Below, one piece after another: positions 1 to 7,995 of a DNA stretch of 64,000 nucleotides. This DNA comes from Candidatus Caldarchaeales archaeon (lineage in GTDB: Archaea; Thermoproteota; Nitrososphaeria_A; Caldarchaeales; Calditenuaceae). The stretch spans positions 10,105-74,104 of the forward strand of contig JBCNVM010000002.1 in NCBI GenBank assembly GCA_039630085.1, in the 5' to 3' direction. The notes under the pieces were generated by a model. That model was not told the origin of the DNA. It ran no database searches and worked only from the letters and a program-made list of their open reading frames with translations. Within the stretch, counting starts at the first letter, position 1. Each line of letters begins with the position of its first letter. The position numbers and the translations under genes are program-made.

Positions 1-257
1 GGGTCAGGAGGCTGAAGGGGATGGTCGTGGAGCTCGACGGCGCTACGGTCGGGCTGGGCGACCTGCTCTTCTACTCGATCGCGGTCTCGGTCGCCTTCAG
101 GCACTTGGGACCTCTGGCCGCCGCGGCGGTGAACGTCGCCGTGGTCGCGGGATACTACCTGACGATCGCGATGCTGAGGAGGTGGGAGCAGGTCCCCGGA
201 CTGACGGTCCCGTTGGGGCTGGCCTCGGTCATCCTGCTCGCGATATGGTTCTCGTGA
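1..257 (+). CDS. 3' end of a GxGD intramembrane aspartyl protease (presenilin / signal-peptide-peptidase homologue); 5' part lies outside the window
   Basis: Frame open from base 3; hydrophobic helices carrying VGLGDLLFYS (GxGD catalytic motif) followed by QVPGL (PAL-like motif) near the C-terminus. Confidence 0.5.
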   Translation, partial: VRRLKGMVVELDGATVGLGDLLFYSIAVSVAFRHLGPLAAAAVNVAVVAGYYLTIAMLRRWEQVPGLTVPLGLASVILLAIWFS

Positions 258-1443
258 CCTCTTCGAGGTACCTCTCCCGGTCCCCGCCCGCGACGTTTCT
301 GAGGGCGCGCCTCGAGGCGTAGATCGCAGCTCCGACCGCGCAGTGGAGTTCGGGGCATGAACCCGCCAGGACGGCCGCGAGCCCGACCATGACGCCCGCC
401 GTGAAGTCGTCGAGGTGCTCGGGTTCGATCCAGTTCGCCTTCAAGCGCCCTGCCGAGCAGAAAGCGTCCGGGCCCCCCAACCTCCAGACAGCCCTCCCCA
501 GCTCCTTCGACCTCCTCGCGACCTCCAGCGACTCCTCGAGCTGCTCGCCTTCCCGTCTCGACCTCTCGAGGAGAACGTCACGTTCCCGAGCCGTTTCGCC
601 GAACGCGAAGCCGATCCCCTCGGCCTCGACCCTGAAGGATCCCGACTCGACCACGTCTACCCTCGCGCCGAGTAAGGACGCGACGGCGCTCGCGCCCTCG
701 GAGAGGTCGTCTCCTGGTCCGTAGACCCTCACCTGGATCCCCCTTGTGAAGGCCCTCGCCGCGACAGCGACGTCGCCGGGGCCCGCGATCACCTCGGCCT
801 CCGGGGGCGCGCCTATCGGCCTGACCGCGATCGTCCCGGCCCTCACCCTGCCGGCGAAAGGCTTGAGGCCGTGAAGGCAGACCGTGTGGTCGGCCCTGAC
901 GAAGAGCTCGCCCTCCGCGGTGTCCGGGTTCAGGCCCGAGGGGACGTCGATGGAGTAGACCCGCGCCCTAGAGGAGTTCACGGCCTTGATCGCGCTCCTG
1001 TAGGGCTCCCTGATCCCGCCCTTCACGCCCGTGCCGAAGAGCCCGTCTATCACGATGTCGGCGGCCTCGATCTCCTTCCTCGCGTCCTCGCCCAGCGACT
1101 CGCTGGCTACGACGATCACCCTCGCGGTCAACCTCATCGCCGTCAGGGGCCTGAAGGAGTTCCTCGCCTCCTCGGTCCTGGGGACGCCCTCCCTCGAGAC
1201 CAACACGACCGTCAGCGACCCGCAGAGCCCGGCCAGGTGACGCGCCGCGACGAAGGCGTCGCCGCCGTTGTTCCCGGGCCCGGCCAGCACGACAACCCTC
1301 TTCCCCCTCAGGCTCCCTTCATGCTCGAGGACGTACTCCGCGACCGCCCTCCCCGCGTTCTCCATCAGCGTCCTCCTCGAGACCCCGAGGTACTCCGAGT
1401 TCAGGTCCACGACCTCGATGTCCGCGGAACTGTAGGCCCTCAA
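229..1443 (-). CDS. nnrE: NAD(P)H-hydrate epimerase (YjeF_N / NnrE) fused to a shortened, degenerate YjeF_C-like domain
   Basis: Only the distal two thirds of track ORF 229..2121 is credible; the rest overlaps the DedA gene in another frame. LMENAGRAV, VLAGPGNNGGDAFVAARHL, IDGLFGTG and SIDVPSGL match YjeF_N. No in-frame ATG; TTG at 1443 overlaps the DedA stop (TTGA). C-terminal ~180 aa resembles YjeF_C but DDFTAGVM replaces the GGxGDxL motif. Confidence 0.7.
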   Translation of the reverse strand: MRAYSSADIEVVDLNSEYLGVSRRTLMENAGRAVAEYVLEHEGSLRGKRVVVLAGPGNNGGDAFVAARHLAGLCGSLTVVLVSREGVPRTEEARNSFRPLTAMRLTARVIVVASESLGEDARKEIEAADIVIDGLFGTGVKGGIREPYRSAIKAVNSSRARVYSIDVPSGLNPDTAEGELFVRADHTVCLHGLKPFAGRVRAGTIAVRPIGAPPEAEVIAGPGDVAVAARAFTRGIQVRVYGPGDDLSEGASAVASLLGARVDVVESGSFRVEAEGIGFAFGETARERDVLLERSRREGEQLEESLEVARRSKELGRAVWRLGGPDAFCSAGRLKANWIEPEHLDDFTAGVMVGLAAVLAGSCPELHCAVGAAIYASRRALRNVAGGDRERYLEEVTRTISRAG

Positions 1444-2093
1444 GCCCCGGGGGATCCTGCCTGACCCGGGTTTAACTGTCGCCTCCTCGTCCCGAGGACC
1501 TCGTCCAAGTTCCTCAGGACCTCCCTCAGACCGCCGGCCCTGTAGTGGCCGACGAAGGCCTCCCAGTCGACCCTGAGGATGACGAACGTTATGACCGCGA
1601 GGGCCGCTATCGCGACGACGAAGCCTGCAGTGTTCCCGAGCGTCGACTCGAAGACCGTCATGTAGATGCCGCCTGCGTACGCGACGAACGTGGCCAGCAC
1701 GACCTTCCCCGCCGCGTTGGCGATCATGAACCTCCAGAGCTTCATCCTCATCAGCCCCGCGGGGATGTAATAGACGTCGTCTGGGAGCGGGGTGAGGGCG
1801 AAGAGGAAGACCGCGAGGTCTCCGTACCTCCCGATGAACTCCCTCAGCGACTCCATCTGCCTCTTCCTCTCTGCTCCGAGGAACCTGTAGCCGAGCCTGC
1901 CGAGCGCGTACGAGGTGAGCTTCCCTATCGCGCCCCCGATGCCCGAGGAGACGCCGAGCATTACAGGGTCCAGCGTCCTGCTGAGCAGCACCACGACGAA
2001 GAGGTACGGAAGAGGCAGGAACGGGACGAGGCTCCCGAGGAGGGATATCCCGAAGACGCCGAGGTACCCGTAGCTCTCCGCGACCCTCCGCAT
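1440..2093 (-). CDS. DedA / VTT (SNARE-associated) family membrane protein
   Basis: 217 aa, several hydrophobic helices, LTPLPDDVYYIPAGLMRMKLWRF-type DedA core motif. Confidence 0.7.
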   Translation of the reverse strand: MRRVAESYGYLGVFGISLLGSLVPFLPLPYLFVVVLLSRTLDPVMLGVSSGIGGAIGKLTSYALGRLGYRFLGAERKRQMESLREFIGRYGDLAVFLFALTPLPDDVYYIPAGLMRMKLWRFMIANAAGKVVLATFVAYAGGIYMTVFESTLGNTAGFVVAIAALAVITFVILRVDWEAFVGHYRAGGLREVLRNLDEVLGTRRRQLNPGQAGSPGA

Positions 2094-2151
2094 CAGCTCG
2101 ACTACGTCCAGCCCCTCTCACCGACCCCGTCCTTCCGCCCTCGAGCGACCC

Positions 2152-3507
2152 TCAAGCCCTCACCGACCTGACGGCCTCCTCGATCACCGACCTCGCCAGC
2201 TGGAGGTAGGACCTCAGGGCCTCCTCGCTCCTCGCCTCCGCGACGTACTTGATCTGCGGCATCGTGTTCGAGGGCCTGATAAGGACCCAGCCCTCGGGGA
2301 GGTGGGCCTTCACGCCGTCGATCGTCAGGACCCTCGCGTGCTCCCTCGTCATCCTGCGGGAGATCAGCTCCATCGCCCTCCACTTCACATCGTCGGTCCC
2401 GACGTCCACCGTGTAGATCGTCGAGGCGTAGACCTTCGGGAGTCCGTCGACGAACTCGGAGAGCCTCGATCCGGACCTCGAGAGGGCCTCCGCGACCCTC
2501 GCGACCGCGAATATCCCGTCGTCGAACCCGTAGAGCTCGGAGAAGTAGACGTGGTTGCTCTTCTCGGCGCCGATCACCGCCCCCACCTCCCTCACCTTCC
2601 TCAGCATGAAGGCCCTCCCGACCCTGCAGAGGACAGGCTCGCACCCCTTCCTCCTGATCACCTCCTCGACAACGGAGCTGGAGCTGACGTCGTAAACGAC
2701 CTTCCCGGTGACCTCCATGTTCTGGACTAGGAAGGCCAGCGTGACGTCTCCCTCGAGGAGCCTGCCCCTGTCGTCGACGAAGACGGCCCTGTCGGCGTCG
2801 CCGTCGAGCCCAGCTCCGGCTTCCGCTCCGTGCTCGACCACCGCCTCCATCAGGCCCCTCATCGTCTCGGGCGTCGGCTCGGGCAGGTGGGCCGGGAAGG
2901 TCCCGTCGGGCCTCTCGTTCATCGGGACCAGGTCGATCCCCACATCCTCGAAGAGCCTCCTGCCGACGACGCAGCCCGCGCCGTTCGAGAAGTCGACGAC
3001 CATCCTCACCCTTCTCCTCAGGTTCACCAGCGGCCTGACCCTCTCGAGGTACGCGGACACGGCGTCGAAGGGTCTCAGGGCCGGATCACGCCTCGGTGGG
3101 TCCGACTCGCCGATCGAGAGCGCGATCTCCTTCAGCCTCTCCATCCCGTGGCCCTCGGAGACGGTCTCCCCGTTGCCGAGGACGAACTTGAAGCCGTTCC
3201 ACTCGGGAGGGTTGTGGGACGCGGTGACCTGTACCCCAGCCTCGAACTTCCCCTCAACGACCCCGACGTAGAGGACCGGAGTCGGGACCTCGCCGGCGTC
3301 GCTGACCTCGGAGCCCTCGTCCTCGAGCCCCAGCGCCACGGCCCTGAGGAGCGATGGGCCGCTGAGCCTCACGTCCCTCCCGACCAGCACCCTCCTTGCT
3401 CCCGTCATCCTCGAGAAGGCCCTCCCGAGGGCGTAGGCGACCCTCTCGTTGACCTGCCGCGGGTAGACTCCCCTGGCATCGTAGGCCCTGAAGATGGCCG
3501 GGTCCAC
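2152..3507 (-). CDS. alpha-D-phosphohexomutase (phosphomannomutase / phosphoglucomutase / GlmM-like)
   Basis: 451 aa; phosphoserine loop TASHNPPEWNGFKF, Mg loop GLDGDADR, sugar loop GAEKSNH. Confidence 0.85.
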   Translation of the reverse strand: MDPAIFRAYDARGVYPRQVNERVAYALGRAFSRMTGARRVLVGRDVRLSGPSLLRAVALGLEDEGSEVSDAGEVPTPVLYVGVVEGKFEAGVQVTASHNPPEWNGFKFVLGNGETVSEGHGMERLKEIALSIGESDPPRRDPALRPFDAVSAYLERVRPLVNLRRRVRMVVDFSNGAGCVVGRRLFEDVGIDLVPMNERPDGTFPAHLPEPTPETMRGLMEAVVEHGAEAGAGLDGDADRAVFVDDRGRLLEGDVTLAFLVQNMEVTGKVVYDVSSSSVVEEVIRRKGCEPVLCRVGRAFMLRKVREVGAVIGAEKSNHVYFSELYGFDDGIFAVARVAEALSRSGSRLSEFVDGLPKVYASTIYTVDVGTDDVKWRAMELISRRMTREHARVLTIDGVKAHLPEGWVLIRPSNTMPQIKYVAEARSEEALRSYLQLARSVIEEAVRSVRA

Positions 3508-3537
3508 GGAGCTCCTCGCCGCAGCCTAGATATATCG

Positions 3538-4185
3538 CTAAATCCCCTCGATCCTCACCCATGCCCTGTCGCTGCCGTAGGTCCTGTTGATGTCGATCAG
3601 GAGCTGCGTCAGCCTCTCCGTGACCCTCGAGTTCAGGAGCGGGCCCCCGTAGACCGGCCTTATCCCCCTGACGCCCCTGAGCAGTACCATCAACTCCTCG
3701 GCGGGCCTGCGTTCGCCGCAGACGATCACGTCCAGCTCCTGGTTCAAGTCCCCGACCGCCGCAGCGGGGACGCAGTTGAACGCCGAGACCACAGGCACCT
3801 TCCTCAGGAGCTGCTGGAGCGCCTCCGCCGCGGATCCGGCCGTCGGCTCGAGGTACCTGGGCGAGCCCCCCAGGTCGGACTCGAGGGGGACAACCGCGGA
3901 GACCGCGACCGACGACTCTGAGATCCTGTCCCTCACCAACTTGGCGGTCTCGTAGAGGCCGTTGTAGGGGACCGCGAAGAAGACGAACCTCGCGCCCTGA
4001 ACCGCATCAGGGTTGGAAGCGCCGTAGACCTTGGACCCCGGGACCGACGAGGCGACCTCCGAGGCCGCAGTCCCGGCCCTCTCCTTTGCCCTCGAGCCTA
4101 TCACGACCTCGAGCCCCGAGGCCGCGAGCCTGACCGCGAGGCTTCTCCCTAGGCCCGCGGTCCCCCCGAGGATCGCGACCCTCAC
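3538..4185 (-). CDS. fno: NADPH-dependent F420 reductase (F420H2:NADP oxidoreductase family)
   Basis: 215 aa; N-terminal Rossmann MRVAILGGTAGLGRSLA...VIGSR and NpdG/Fno-like length and layout. Confidence 0.7.
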   Translation of the reverse strand: MRVAILGGTAGLGRSLAVRLAASGLEVVIGSRAKERAGTAASEVASSVPGSKVYGASNPDAVQGARFVFFAVPYNGLYETAKLVRDRISESSVAVSAVVPLESDLGGSPRYLEPTAGSAAEALQQLLRKVPVVSAFNCVPAAAVGDLNQELDVIVCGERRPAEELMVLLRGVRGIRPVYGGPLLNSRVTERLTQLLIDINRTYGSDRAWVRIEGI

Positions 4186-4592
4186 TTCCTCCCACCGAAG
4201 ATGAGCTGGGCTGCAAGCATCGCGAAGACCGCGAGGACCGAGCTCGCCGCGGCCATGTGCAGCGCGACCAGCTCCGGCCTGAGGGCGGAGAGGACCATCG
4301 CGCCCCCGATCGCGATCTGCACGATCAACAGCGTCAGCCCGGTCAGGGCGAGCTTCCTGGCGAGCCCTCCCATCCTCACCGCGGGCACCAGGACCGCGAC
4401 CACGGCCGCGAGCACGACCAGCGCGAAGAGCCTGTGGGCGAACTCGAGGACCACCAACTCGTCCATCACGAGCGGGCAGAGCGGCCAGTCAGGACAGGCG
4501 AGCCCAGCGCCCCTCGCCGAGACGTAGCTTCCGATGCTGTTCATCGCGACGATCGAGGCCACAGGCGCCAACGACCTCGCGAGGCCGACCAA
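4182..4592 (-). CDS. ctaA: compact four-helix heme A synthase (CtaA / COX15 family, short archaeal form)
   Basis: 136 aa, four predicted TM helices, CPDWPLCP cysteine loop, His in helix 2 (EFAHRLFA) and helix 4 (ALHMAAA); 4-nt overlap with the downstream fno start. Confidence 0.6.
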   Translation of the reverse strand: MVGLARSLAPVASIVAMNSIGSYVSARGAGLACPDWPLCPLVMDELVVLEFAHRLFALVVLAAVVAVLVPAVRMGGLARKLALTGLTLLIVQIAIGGAMVLSALRPELVALHMAAASSVLAVFAMLAAQLIFGGRK

Positions 4593-4677
4593 CTCGCGGT
4601 CCGGCCCGTTGGTCTCCTCAAAACCCTATCACGCTGCCTCCGTGTCGGAGGATCGGCCCTCTCGGGCCGGGAGAGGC

Positions 4678-4683
4678 TAAATA
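4678..4683 (+). promoter_or_regulatory. TATA-like box of the tRNA gene
   Basis: TAAATA centred about 26 nt upstream of tRNA position 1. Confidence 0.45.
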
Positions 4684-4706
4684 GCGACCCGCGGAATCGA
4701 TCGTCA

Positions 4707-4802
4707 GGGCCCGTAGCTCAGCCTGGCGGAGCGGCCGGCTCATAACCGGTTGGCGGGATGTTCGCCCGGGAGAGGTCGTGGGTTCGAATCCCACCGGGCC
4801 CA
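4707..4802 (+). tRNA. tRNA with CAU anticodon (elongator Met, or Ile2 if C34 is modified) interrupted by a ~22-nt intron
   Basis: Acceptor GGGCCCG/CGGGCCC, D arm GCUC-AGCCUGGCG-GAGC, anticodon arm GCCGG-CUCAUAA-CCGGU (CAU at 4741-4743), T arm GUGGG-UUCGAAU-CCCAC, discriminator A, then a T6 run. 96 nt versus 74 expected. G1:C72 argues against an initiator. Confidence 0.85.
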
Positions 4803-4865
4803 TTTTTTGGTCGTCCCGCTGATGGCGGGCTCGAGGCTAAATCGTCGAAGGGCAGTGGGGGGCCG

Positions 4866-5477
4866 ATGAGGCTGATCGACTTAGCGATTCAGTCCCTGAC
4901 TGGGAAGCTGAAGGAGATGTACCCGCTCGCGGAGAGGGCGTACACTCTCGCGGTGGAGGCCTTCAGGACCCAGAGGGACCTCACGTCGGAGGCCTACAGG
5001 CTCGCCGAGATGCTCAGGCTCCACCACCACGACGTCTCCTACCTGATGACCGAGATCATCGCGAGGTTCCAGCCCGTCGCGTCGGACCTGAGGTACATCA
5101 AGGCGTGCGGAGAGGTCTCCTACGGCTTCTACAGGTACGGCAGGTACGCGTACGACATCACGTCGGTCATAGGGGTCTTCGGGAGCGTCCCCGGCTGCGA
5201 CTGGAGCCCGATAGACCAAGCCGGGAGCAAGGTGAGGGAGATGATGAGGCTCGGGATGGAGGCCTTCGAGAAGAGGGACGTCGCGCTCGCCAAGAGGGTG
5301 ATCGAGATGGACGACGAGGTCGACGAGATCTACAGGTCCTACCTGAGGCAGGTGATCAGCTCGGAGGGCGATAGGAGGTGCGACATAGCGAGGCTCCTGA
5401 TCCTCCGGTACCTAGAGAGGATCGGCGACCACGCGACCGCGATCGCCGAGTCTGTGCTCTACGTGGTCCAGGGTTAA
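4866..5477 (+). CDS. phoU: PhoU-family phosphate-uptake regulator
   Basis: Two PhoU repeats (...MEAFEKRDVALAKRVIEMDDEVDEIYR..., ...RYLERIGDHATAIAES). Start moved to ATG 4866 because the track ORF start 4758 lies inside the tRNA; CTAAATC box about 26 nt upstream. Confidence 0.85.
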   Translation: MRLIDLAIQSLTGKLKEMYPLAERAYTLAVEAFRTQRDLTSEAYRLAEMLRLHHHDVSYLMTEIIARFQPVASDLRYIKACGEVSYGFYRYGRYAYDITSVIGVFGSVPGCDWSPIDQAGSKVREMMRLGMEAFEKRDVALAKRVIEMDDEVDEIYRSYLRQVISSEGDRRCDIARLLILRYLERIGDHATAIAESVLYVVQG

Positions 5478-5487
5478 TCCGGTCCGA

Positions 5488-6144
5488 ATGCCGCGGCACA
5501 CTTTTTACCCGAGGCCGACGCCTAGGGGCATGCCGAGGCTTTCAGCGGTGCTGGCGGTCTCCCTAGTCCTCCTCGGGATGGTCGTCGGCGCAGCCATAGC
5601 CGGTTCTGGCCGCCAGACCGTTACGCTCACGGAGACTAGGCAAGTTCTTACCACGCTCACGGTAACGAGGCCTGTCACCGCGACCGTCCTCGCGGATACG
5701 GACGTCTCGGTGAGGGCGGTCTGCTTCTCCAAGACCGCAAACTGCGCCTCCGTCATAATCGATCTGATTAACAGGGCTAACAGGAGCGTCTTAGTCGCGA
5801 TCTTCTCGTTCACGAGGGACGACATCGCGGCCGCGCTGATCCGTGCGAAGAACAGGGGCGTGGAGGTGAGGGTGGTGATGGAGCGCGAGAGGGCTAACGA
5901 GTCGGGCTCCGAGTACAGGAGGCTGAGGGACAACAGGGTCGACGTTAGGCTCGACGGCAACTCCGACCTCATGCACCACAAGTTCATCGTCGTCGATGAG
6001 CGCCTGGTGATAACGGGGAGCTACAACTTCTCCGTAGCCGCGGAGGACAGGAACGACGAGAACGTCGTCGTGATCCTCAGCGAGCGGGTTGCCGATCGGT
6101 ACAGGTCGGAGTTCGAGCGGGTCTGGTCCCTCGCCTCGCCCTAG
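5488..6144 (+). CDS. single-HKD phospholipase D / Nuc-like superfamily protein with N-terminal membrane anchor
   Basis: HHKFIVVDERLVITGSYNFSVAAEDRNDEN is the HxKxxxxD...GSxN motif; hydrophobic N-terminal helix LAVSLVLLGMVVGAAIAG. Confidence 0.8.
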   Translation: MPRHTFYPRPTPRGMPRLSAVLAVSLVLLGMVVGAAIAGSGRQTVTLTETRQVLTTLTVTRPVTATVLADTDVSVRAVCFSKTANCASVIIDLINRANRSVLVAIFSFTRDDIAAALIRAKNRGVEVRVVMERERANESGSEYRRLRDNRVDVRLDGNSDLMHHKFIVVDERLVITGSYNFSVAAEDRNDENVVVILSERVADRYRSEFERVWSLASP

Positions 6145-6548
6145 CGAGGGGCGCCTCCGCGCCTCGCGGCCTCCTGCGCGAGTCTGTTGGCGAGCTCGTT
6201 CTCCTCCCTCCTCACGTGCCGGACCTCGAAGGCCTCGAACATCCCGAGCAGGGCCAAGGCCTCGGAGTGGAGCCTCTTGAGGTTCGGGCTCCTGACCCTG
6301 TACTCGCCCTTGAGCTGCCTCGCGAGCAGCTCGCTGTCGGTGAGGACTGTGACCCTCCTGCACCCTATCTCCAGGCACCTCCTCAGGCCCCTGATCAGCG
6401 CCTCGTACTCCGCCGCGTTGTTCGTCGCCTTACCCAAGTGCCCGCTCCCGGTCGTCAACCTCCCCATCGCCTCGATCGCGTACCCGTACCCCGCTGGACC
6501 AGGGTTGCCGAGCGAGGACCCGTCGATGAATAACTTACATACGGACAA
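6141..6548 (-). CDS. rnhA: ribonuclease HI
   Basis: FIDGSSLGNPGPAGYGY, NNAAEYEALIRGL and TDSELLARQL carry the RNase H DEDD residues. Track ORF extends to 6767, but the TATA position favours TTG 6548 (MSVCKLFIDGSS), with ATG 6572 as the alternative. Confidence 0.75.
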   Translation of the reverse strand: MSVCKLFIDGSSLGNPGPAGYGYAIEAMGRLTTGSGHLGKATNNAAEYEALIRGLRRCLEIGCRRVTVLTDSELLARQLKGEYRVRSPNLKRLHSEALALLGMFEAFEVRHVRREENELANRLAQEAARRGGAPR

Positions 6549-6576
6549 GTCCCGCAGATGGTGAACGCGCATGCCG

Positions 6577-6584
6577 TTATCTAA
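6577..6584. promoter_or_regulatory. bidirectional TATA-like element (TTATCTAA / TTAGATAA)
   Basis: Lies about 32 nt from the TTG 6548 start (minus strand) and about 32 nt from the ATG 6613 start (plus strand). Confidence 0.4.
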
Positions 6585-6612
6585 CCGTCGCGTCCAGACG
6601 GGGCTGAAGGGA

Positions 6613-7983
6613 ATGAGCCCGGTTTCGGCGGTGCTCAGGGCACTGAAGTCGGTCGATCCCCATTTCGCCGCGATTGCGCTGACCCTCTTCGTCCTGGTCC
6701 TCCACCTCTCGATCATCGCGACGCCCTCCCCCGAGGACCTCGAGGCCTGCAGAGCCGACGCCTCCAAGTGCTCCTTCGTCTTCGACGAGGCCCATTACGT
6801 CCCGGCCGTGAGGAAGATGCTCGCCGGAGAGGCGGCCAACAACGAGCACCCGCCTCTGACCAAGTTCCTGATGATGCTGGGCGTGATGGCACTTGGCGAC
6901 AACCCCGTCGGGTGGAGGATCGCCTCGGTCCTGACCGGGACGGCGAGCGTCTACGTCCTCTTCAGGCTCGCGACGCTCCTTCTGGGCTCTCCCTGGCTCG
7001 GACTGGCCGCGACCGCCCTCTTCGCCTTCGACGTGACCTCCTTCAACCTCGGCGGAATAGGGGTCCTCGACCCGCCAGCGGTCCTCCTCCTGCTGGCCTC
7101 GGCCTACTTCGGCGTGAGGGGGAAGCTGCTGCTCGCGGGGGTCGCGTCGGGGCTCGCGCTGCTCACGAAGGCCTCGGCGGTCTTCGGGGTCCTCGCGGTC
7201 CTGGCCTACCTAGTCGTCCGAGGCTCCTCGGGAAGAGGAGGGCCGCTCGACAGGCTATCGAAGGGCGTCCTGTCAGCTTACGTCGTCTTGGGCATCTCCG
7301 CTGCTGTGATGGTCGCGGGGCTCGCGGCCTACGACTACCGCTACGGGGCGTTTCCCCATCCCTTCGCGCACCTCGACTTCATCCTCTCCTATCACTCGTC
7401 CCTGACGTTCAACTGCGAGGGCGGCCGGACGCCCTTCAGCTGCGTTCACCTGAACGACGACGGGTCGGCGGTTCTGGTGGACCTTCCCCTGAGCTGGGCC
7501 CTCCCGGTGGTGACGTACGCGCCGATGGGCTTCTACGTCATCACGGTCAGCGTCGACGGGTACTCGTACAGCCCAGTGGCCTACTACGGCATAGCCTCCC
7601 CGATCTGGTGGACCACGTGGGTCGTGCTCATCTACTCCGCGTACTTCGGGGTCAGGTCCGCGTGGAGGGCGATCGTCAGGGGCGAGGCCCTCAGGTTCCC
7701 GGGAGATCACCTCTACGTCCTCGTGGCGGTGTGGCTCGCGTTCAACTACCTGGTCTACTTCCCGCTCGGATACGCGATGCACCGCTGGGTCTACCCCTTC
7801 TACTTCTACCAGGTCGTCCCGGTCCTCGCCGTCGGACTGGTCGGCCTGCTCTCCAAGGGGAGTCTCGAGAGGAAGGTCCTCGCGGTCACGCTCGGTGCGA
7901 CGCTCTTCTGGTTCTTCGTCTACTACCCGGTCAAGTCGGAGCTTCACGTGACGCTGCTGAAGTCCCTGTTGCTCCCGGCGTGA
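6613..7983 (+). CDS. GT-C fold glycosyltransferase, family 39 / PMT_2-like (dolichyl-phosphate-sugar dependent)
   Basis: About 10 TM helices; first-loop acidic motif FDEAHYVPA and NEHPPLTKFLM typical of PMT/ArnT-like enzymes. Start set to the internal ATG 6613; the track start 6571 would overlap the RNase HI start head-to-head. Confidence 0.65.
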   Translation: MSPVSAVLRALKSVDPHFAAIALTLFVLVLHLSIIATPSPEDLEACRADASKCSFVFDEAHYVPAVRKMLAGEAANNEHPPLTKFLMMLGVMALGDNPVGWRIASVLTGTASVYVLFRLATLLLGSPWLGLAATALFAFDVTSFNLGGIGVLDPPAVLLLLASAYFGVRGKLLLAGVASGLALLTKASAVFGVLAVLAYLVVRGSSGRGGPLDRLSKGVLSAYVVLGISAAVMVAGLAAYDYRYGAFPHPFAHLDFILSYHSSLTFNCEGGRTPFSCVHLNDDGSAVLVDLPLSWALPVVTYAPMGFYVITVSVDGYSYSPVAYYGIASPIWWTTWVVLIYSAYFGVRSAWRAIVRGEALRFPGDHLYVLVAVWLAFNYLVYFPLGYAMHRWVYPFYFYQVVPVLAVGLVGLLSKGSLERKVLAVTLGATLFWFFVYYPVKSELHVTLLKSLLLPA

Positions 7984-7995
7984 GGGAACGCTAAA

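Noticed and set aside
1444-2121. The N-terminal 226 residues of the 630-aa track ORF 229..2121.
   Set aside because: This part is low-complexity Arg/Gly/Pro sequence that overlaps the clearly genuine DedA gene (1440..2093) in another frame. The YjeF_N homology starts right after the DedA stop.
4618-4865. Track ORFs 4618..4803 (minus strand) and the first 36 codons of 4758..5477 (plus strand).
   Set aside because: Both run through the tRNA(CAU) gene. The PhoU homology begins only at ATG 4866, which has its own TATA box.
4600-4900. The tRNA gene as an attachment site for an integrated element.
   Set aside because: There is no integrase nearby, no duplicated tRNA 3' segment within the window, and the flanking genes (ctaA/fno, phoU) have core composition.
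5241-5247. A perfect AUGAUGA C-box string inside phoU, and similar strings inside other coding regions (for example around 43185 and 45175).
   Set aside because: No D/D' boxes follow at guide-length spacing, and the strings are in-frame Met/Met-Arg codons of genuine genes.
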